Notes under the pieces: model-generated | What the model was told of the DNA's origin: nothing | The model's input: only the letters and a program-made list of their open reading frames with translations | Database searches by the model: none | Virus record (IMG/VR): IMGVR_UViG_3300031787_000001 | Location: 1-64,000 of that record | DNA length: 64,000 bases | Strand: one strand, 5' to 3' | Shown: in pieces, positions 58,983 to 64,000 of the stretch | Layout of the letters: each line of letters opens with the position of its first letter | How positions within the stretch are numbered: the first letter of the stretch is position 1 | Position numbers and translations under genes: made by a program

Positions 58983-60722
58983 TTATCTTAATGTATCCAA
59001 GCTAAATGTAGTTAAACCATTTACTGTGATAGTACCGAAGTAACGGTTGTTAACCATTTTCTTCGCGTATCTTGTCATGATACCTTTGATAGGTGTCATT
59101 GTGAATGGATTATACATTGTTGGAGTCAACTGTAAAGGTACGTATGGAGCGTAGATGTAACCAGCGTCCAATAAAGATTTACCTTTATGACCAATCAAGA
59201 TCTTATTCGCAGGGAAGTAAGGATCACGATAAACTTGGTAACGACCAGCAAGTGAACCTACTTTTTCGATACCCATGTTATATTGATCTTGCTCAGGAGC
59301 TGCGTTTGATACGTGGAAATACTCTAAATCATCGAATACTGCAGAAACTTCTGAAGAAACAACGATCCAGTTAGCACCACCTCTCAAAGTAGTCTTGTGG
59401 ATTTGAGCAGAAATTTGGTTGATCTTGGTAACCAAAGTTTGGTTCCAGTCTTTCTGAGTGTAACCTTGAAGAGTTGCACCACCTGTTCCACCATATTTCC
59501 ATTCGTTATAGTCCCATTTAGCCGTCCAAGCTGCACCTTTTCTAAGGTCACGTAAGATTTCACGATCAACCTCAGCTGCGATTTGCTCAGATAACAATGC
59601 TGTTAACTCAGCTTCAGCGTCGATGTTGTGGAATGCACTTACGTCTTGAGCCAATTCAGGAGACCAAGTAGCTCTCAACTTTCTTTCAGTAACAGAAACT
59701 GTTACAGATTGAAGATCGAAAGAAACTTCACCAATTTCATCTTCGAATTCTAATGTTTCATACACTCTGAAGTGTAAAACGAAGTCAGCAAGAGCGAATG
59801 TACTATTAAGTGTTGTGTTAGAGTAACCGGACACAGAAGAATAGTTTTGTAAATCTACTTGAACATAAATTGTTCCTGTTTCATCACAAATGTCATTATA
59901 CTTAGCAGTACCACCCATAGCACCTGGGAAAGTAGCTGTTGATTTTTGACCGTATTCAACAATACCTTTACCGTATTTTTGAGTTACGATATTGAAGTTT
60001 TTAGAAACACCACTGAATTTAATTTCAGCAGATGCTAAAAATTCTTCAGTATCCATAATCTGACCGTTAGGTCCAATTAATTTACCTTGACCGTCTTTAG
60101 CGAATCCGGTGAACGTAAGAATTAATGAAGGAACGCTTTGACTATTTAATGAACTTAATGGACTTACAGGTGTAGCCACACCGTTACTGAAATTAACTAC
60201 ACTAGCAGCATTCATTGTGATAGCACTGAATCTACCTTTAGAATAATCGAAAAGTCCTGTGTCAGGTGCGTTACCGTCACCAGTCTCATAGAAACGATCA
60301 TAAAGGTTTACTCCAGTATATCCATCATCAGCAGAACCTGTTCCACCAGGAATACCATATGGTGTGTAGTGTGATCCACTGTTTCTTTCCTGAATTTTAG
60401 GAATGAAGTAGAATAATTTACCGATAGGTAAGTTCATAGCTTGTACAGACACGATGTCATTAGCTAATAATTTAGAGAATACACGTCTGATGATTGGGAA
60501 TACAACAGTTTCGAAAGAACCTGATGCATCCGCAACCGCAGCTTCGTTGATTAAGTATGAAGCTTGGTTTTCATACAATTGTGCAATGTTATCTTTTTGG
60601 TGACCATCAAGACCTTCTAAAAAGCCTAAGTCATCCCATTTTTTAATGGTATCTTCTTTGATAACACGAAGGTGCTTAAGACCGATGTTACCAACCATAC
60701 CTGATTCTAATAATGCTCCCAT
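58983..60722 (-). CDS. gp23: Major capsid protein (T4 gp23-like, 579 aa)
   Basis: PIIRRVF...IVSVQAMNLPIGKLFY; RKLRATWSPELAQDVSAFHNIDAEAELTALLSEQIAAEVDREIL; GYIYAPYVPL...PIKGIMTRY. Confidence 0.97.
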   Translation of the reverse strand: MGALLESGMVGNIGLKHLRVIKEDTIKKWDDLGFLEGLDGHQKDNIAQLYENQASYLINEAAVADASGSFETVVFPIIRRVFSKLLANDIVSVQAMNLPIGKLFYFIPKIQERNSGSHYTPYGIPGGTGSADDGYTGVNLYDRFYETGDGNAPDTGLFDYSKGRFSAITMNAASVVNFSNGVATPVSPLSSLNSQSVPSLILTFTGFAKDGQGKLIGPNGQIMDTEEFLASAEIKFSGVSKNFNIVTQKYGKGIVEYGQKSTATFPGAMGGTAKYNDICDETGTIYVQVDLQNYSSVSGYSNTTLNSTFALADFVLHFRVYETLEFEDEIGEVSFDLQSVTVSVTERKLRATWSPELAQDVSAFHNIDAEAELTALLSEQIAAEVDREILRDLRKGAAWTAKWDYNEWKYGGTGGATLQGYTQKDWNQTLVTKINQISAQIHKTTLRGGANWIVVSSEVSAVFDDLEYFHVSNAAPEQDQYNMGIEKVGSLAGRYQVYRDPYFPANKILIGHKGKSLLDAGYIYAPYVPLQLTPTMYNPFTMTPIKGIMTRYAKKMVNNRYFGTITVNGLTTFSLDTLR

Positions 60723-60750
60723 TTTAGTTTGTTTTTATTTTTTTGGTTTA

Positions 60751-62037
60751 TTATTTTATTTTACTCATCAAATCTTTCATTCTCTTGAACTGTGGATTTT
60801 CGTATGCTTTTGATTCCGACAATACATTTGAAGAAGATGTTGATGGAGTTGAAGTGATTTTTTCTGAAACTGTTTCGGTTACTGGTTTTTTAGTTCCCAA
60901 TTCAGATTTTATTGTGTTAAATAAGTTTTTAGACTCATTCATAGTAGAAATCGAATCAAATCTCTTCATAATATTCAATTTCTCCTGTTTTGTTGTTGAA
61001 TGTTCAGTGAACAAACGAGTAGCGTAAGCCAAATTAGCATTGAATACCGCAACTTCATTTAATTTTTCCTTAAAAAGAACTAAAGCCTTTTTGTATTCTG
61101 CGTTTTGTTTTCTTAATTTAGAAACTTCTTCATTAATACCAAAAACACCTGAACCTGCTTTATATTTTTTCTTACTTGGTAATCCGGATCTGTCTAAACC
61201 ACCTTTATTACCATGAGGATTTGATTTAGTTCTTGCGGCTTCAGTCGCCTCAATTGGTGTCCCATCTTCAGAACCTTCTGGTTCTTCGTATGTGAATGGT
61301 TCCTCTTCAGAAATATCTAATGTTGGATCTTCTTCATCAAGTGTTATTTCATAAACATTTTCTTCACCTAATTCAGGATCCATGTCCATTTCTTCTTCCA
61401 ATTCAGGTTCCATACCCATTTCTTCTTCCAATTCAGGTTCCATACCCATTTCTTCTTCCAATTCAGGATCCATGTCCATTTCTTCAGAAAGATCTTCTGT
61501 GTATGGTGATTCTTCTTCTAGATCTTCGTCACCTTCACCATCTAATTTAATGATATATTCATCACCGTCGATTTCAAGATCAAGTTCATCATCATCTTTT
61601 TTAACAATAATACCATCTTCAGGTTTCATTGCTTTAAAAACTTTAAGAACTTCATCGTGAGAAGCGCCTGTCATGTCCATAACACCACTATCGTCAGATG
61701 GTTCGTCTTCATATGATGTTTCGTCTTCATCATCAGAAGGTAATTCTTCATCATCAGAAGTCTCATCATCAGAAGGTAACTCTTCATCATCAGAAGTTTC
61801 ATCTTCATCGGAGGTTGTGTCATCACCAGCATCATCGGCTGTTACATCATCTTCCTCTTCTTCAGGATTGGGTTGTTCTTCAACATCCTTTTCCTCTTCT
61901 TCCAAACTTTCTTTAAGCAATTCGTTTAGTTCTTGTTTCATTGTTGAAGCAAGTATACCTTTTGCATTTGCTTTTACTGCTTCTTCAAGATTTTGTACTT
62001 GAAGTAACGCTTGTTCTAAAACTGATTTTTCGGTCAT
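60751..62037 (-). CDS. Prohead scaffold/core protein (gp22-like)
   Basis: Highly acidic middle and coiled-coil C-terminus; lies between the protease and capsid genes; late motif at 62056-62063. Confidence 0.8.
   Translation of the reverse strand: MTEKSVLEQALLQVQNLEEAVKANAKGILASTMKQELNELLKESLEEEEKDVEEQPNPEEEEDDVTADDAGDDTTSDEDETSDDEELPSDDETSDDEELPSDDEDETSYEDEPSDDSGVMDMTGASHDEVLKVFKAMKPEDGIIVKKDDDELDLEIDGDEYIIKLDGEGDEDLEEESPYTEDLSEEMDMDPELEEEMGMEPELEEEMGMEPELEEEMDMDPELGEENVYEITLDEEDPTLDISEEEPFTYEEPEGSEDGTPIEATEAARTKSNPHGNKGGLDRSGLPSKKKYKAGSGVFGINEEVSKLRKQNAEYKKALVLFKEKLNEVAVFNANLAYATRLFTEHSTTKQEKLNIMKRFDSISTMNESKNLFNTIKSELGTKKPVTETVSEKITSTPSTSSSNVLSESKAYENPQFKRMKDLMSKIK
61370..61495 (-). repeat. 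Four 30-bp repeats (EEM[D/G]M[D/E]PEL[E/G])
   Basis: Units start at 61370, 61400, 61430 and 61460. Confidence 0.85.
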
Positions 62038-62117
62038 TTGCGAATTTTATTTTTATATAAATACTTTGATTATATAGAAAATTTACTTTTAAGATATTAA
62101 TATCAATAAAAAATTTA

Positions 62118-62801
62118 CTATTTTGATAAAAATGTATCTAGTCTACCCATTAATTTTTTCATTCTATCATCAACAACAGGTTTTCTCTCAATTGTTTCTT
62201 GATATTGTTCTCTGTCTTTTAAATCACTAAACACATATGCTCCGGGAGTCGATGGTGAGGAGACTAAGTCAAAACACACTAATTCAAAATCATCTTGTAC
62301 TATGTTTTGTCCTTTTATATTTTTCAATGATCCTACACCTCTTGATGAAATACCTAAAGTGGCACCATTCATAATTAACATTGCCGCTTGATCACCTCTT
62401 GTACTTACGATACCCATTTTTTTCCAACCTGGTGATGTAAATAATTTAATTTTACCCATTAACATTTTACCATCCCACCATGTTTCAATGATTGAATGTG
62501 ATACTCTATCTAAATCAATTAATGAAGATGAGGGGTGATTTAATTCATTTAAAGCACCACCTTTTTTTATTAAAGATTGATATTTTTCATTTTCTCTTTT
62601 TAATAAAACTTCAGGATAAATTCTACCATTTTTGTTTGGGGTATCGTATTTCTGTAAAACAGCAAAAAGGATAAGGTCTTGCGAAAAGTCCATATCCTTC
62701 ATTTCTGAAATTATTTTTTTATTATCTTCTGGTGAGATATGGCCGGCATCATATTCTATTAATATACCATGTCCGGTTTCTTTTGGTCCTAATATCTTCA
62801 T
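62118..62801 (-). CDS. gp21: Prohead protease (T4 gp21-like)
   Basis: NKNGRIYP, NELNHP, GISSRGVGS, FDLVSSPSTPGA; late motif at 62817-62824. Confidence 0.93.
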   Translation of the reverse strand: MKILGPKETGHGILIEYDAGHISPEDNKKIISEMKDMDFSQDLILFAVLQKYDTPNKNGRIYPEVLLKRENEKYQSLIKKGGALNELNHPSSSLIDLDRVSHSIIETWWDGKMLMGKIKLFTSPGWKKMGIVSTRGDQAAMLIMNGATLGISSRGVGSLKNIKGQNIVQDDFELVCFDLVSSPSTPGAYVFSDLKDREQYQETIERKPVVDDRMKKLMGRLDTFLSK

Positions 62802-62837
62802 TTATAGTTTTTATACTATAAATACATCGATATCGTA

Positions 62838-63263
62838 CTATTTTTTTGTTTTATAAAAATTAAACAAGTTTTTATCTACCAATGATTCGTTAATTATTGT
62901 TTTTATAATATCCGTAATTATTCTTTTTGTGTCTTTAGATTTAACATCAAATTTATTTTCAACATATAATGTTATTTCTAAATTCATAAAAGATCTTTTT
63001 TCTTTTTTTATTCCTTTGGTTCTTATGTCTAAATCTACAATAGATTGTGGTTTAAAATTTTGATGATTTAAATCGTATATTAATCTTTTTATATCTCTCC
63101 TTGTTTTAAAAATCACACTATCAAAGTCATCATTTTCATTATTTGGTTGTAACCAAGAATTTAATTTTAAATAAATTGTTTTTAGATTTTTAAAATCTAC
63201 GGTTCCATATCCGATCTTAACATCATCGTATGTTCCCAAAGGAATAAACTTTCCTGTCTTCAT
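62838..63263 (-). CDS. Hypothetical protein (141 aa)
   Basis: Clean ORF; YGTVDFKNLKTIYL...IVDLDIRTKGI...SFMNLEITLY. Confidence 0.7.
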   Translation of the reverse strand: MKTGKFIPLGTYDDVKIGYGTVDFKNLKTIYLKLNSWLQPNNENDDFDSVIFKTRRDIKRLIYDLNHQNFKPQSIVDLDIRTKGIKKEKRSFMNLEITLYVENKFDVKSKDTKRIITDIIKTIINESLVDKNLFNFYKTKK

Positions 63264-63365
63264 TATTTTTTACATATTAAAAATATTTTATGGTGTAAAT
63301 AAAAAATATGAAAAATTATCCACAAAACCAAATTTTTTTTGTATATATGGGTATAATTATAAAAT

Positions 63366-63557
63366 ATGATTATTATTGATTTAACTAAAGAAAAAAATTT
63401 GGAGTCTGCGTTAAGAACCTATAAACATAAAGTTCAAAAAACAAAATTGATCCAAGAACTTAGAAAAAGAAAGGAGTTTGTAAAACCTTCGGTAGAAAAA
63501 AGAGATTTGAAATTAAAAGCAATCCACACCAGTAAAATTAAAAATGGTCTCGATTAA
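63366..63557 (+). CDS. rpsU: Phage-encoded 30S ribosomal protein bS21 (Bacteroidota type)
   Basis: NLESALRTYKHKVQKT...ELRKRKEFVKPSVEKR...KA matches the bS21 signature; 63 aa. Confidence 0.9.
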   Translation: MIIIDLTKEKNLESALRTYKHKVQKTKLIQELRKRKEFVKPSVEKRDLKLKAIHTSKIKNGLD

Positions 63558-63571
63558 TCAAGACCATTTTT
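63540..63571. terminator. 32-bp palindrome (one mismatch) spanning the overlapping stops of two convergent genes; candidate bidirectional terminator
   Basis: AAAAATGGTCTCGATTAATCAAGACCATTTTT. Confidence 0.65.
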
Positions 63572-64000
63572 TAATTCTTTAAGTTTATAGTAACCGTACT
63601 TTGTGGTTTCCGTTTTCATCACTTCAGTTTTCACATTATTTAATTTAGTTACTAATTCAACATCATCTTTTGATTCAAGAATAGTTGAATCTATTTTAGA
63701 TACTATGGATTCTTTTAAATTTTTAACTTTATCTTTAAGTTCATTTTCATTTAAAGAAACAATTTCTTTTAATTCTTTCTTTTCGTTTTCATTTAAAGAA
63801 TTGTCAAATATAGTGTTAAAATTATTTGTCAATACGGCGTGTAGTAAATTTTGATTTTTAATAAAAATGGAAGATTTATTTTCATTTACTGTTTTGTTTT
63901 TTTTTCCAGTTAAAAAATCAATTAATTTTTTCTTTGCGGATATTTTTTTGTCTATGTTTAATAGATTATCATTCTCAGACAATAGATCTAACATTTTATA
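63554..64000 (-). CDS. Probable prohead core-associated protein, partial (frame stays open to the right edge)
   Basis: The frame upstream of the M at 63994 stays open; many (L/I/V)xE motifs (LLSE, VNE, LNE, LKE, ILE); head-gene context. Confidence 0.65.
   Translation of the reverse strand, partial: YKMLDLLSENDNLLNIDKKISAKKKLIDFLTGKKNKTVNENKSSIFIKNQNLLHAVLTNNFNTIFDNSLNENEKKELKEIVSLNENELKDKVKNLKESIVSKIDSTILESKDDVELVTKLNNVKTEVMKTETTKYGYYKLKELKNGLD

Noticed and set aside
61296-62002. Ser-rich plus-strand ORFs
   Set aside because: Antisense shadows of the Glu/Asp-rich scaffold gene.
63316-63324. Perfect DnaA box TTATCCACA upstream of bS21
   Set aside because: Single copy; roughly one is expected by chance in 64 kb of AT-rich DNA, and no cluster was seen.
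63340-63365. Shine-Dalgarno element for phage bS21, as in host rpsU autoregulation
   Set aside because: Only ATGGGT well upstream of the start; no convincing anti-SD complement at usable spacing.
1-64000. Stop-codon reassignment as in some megaphages
   Set aside because: Capsid, sheath, polymerase and others are full length under code 11, and TAG and TGA end genes at sensible places (for example 12859, 23402, 26389).

Overview
A very AT-rich, almost fully coding 64-kb segment of a large T4-superfamily-like myophage, read with the standard genetic code. The host is most likely Bacteroidota, judged from a Bacteroidota-type bS21 gene, TTTG-N19-21-TAnnTTTG-like promoters and the absence of Shine-Dalgarno motifs. 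Left to right it holds: baseplate hub and wedge genes, tape measure, tail assembly chaperone, tail tube, tail sheath, tail terminator and neck genes, an SNF2 helicase and a family-B DNA polymerase, and a cluster of fibre/adhesin genes with a trypsin-like protease and mucin-like Pro/Thr tracts. These are followed by probable head-internal proteins (one with a WYL domain), three glycosyltransferases, dUTPase, PhoH, a gp55-like late sigma factor, a gp5-like spike, dCMP deaminase, major capsid, scaffold, prohead protease and ribosomal protein bS21. Features missing from the ORF track: a >1870-codon gene running off the left edge, a start-less 48-codon +1 frame extension of the tail chaperone behind a TTT-TTT-C site, a 52-aa RHH protein with a phased TATCTT array, and a 49-aa ORF. 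Non-coding highlights are a near-perfect bacterial parS palindrome, a genome-wide TATTTAT(A/T) late-promoter candidate, and a palindrome that gives two convergent genes the same KNGLD C-terminus. All product calls come from motif recognition and gene order; no database searches were run.
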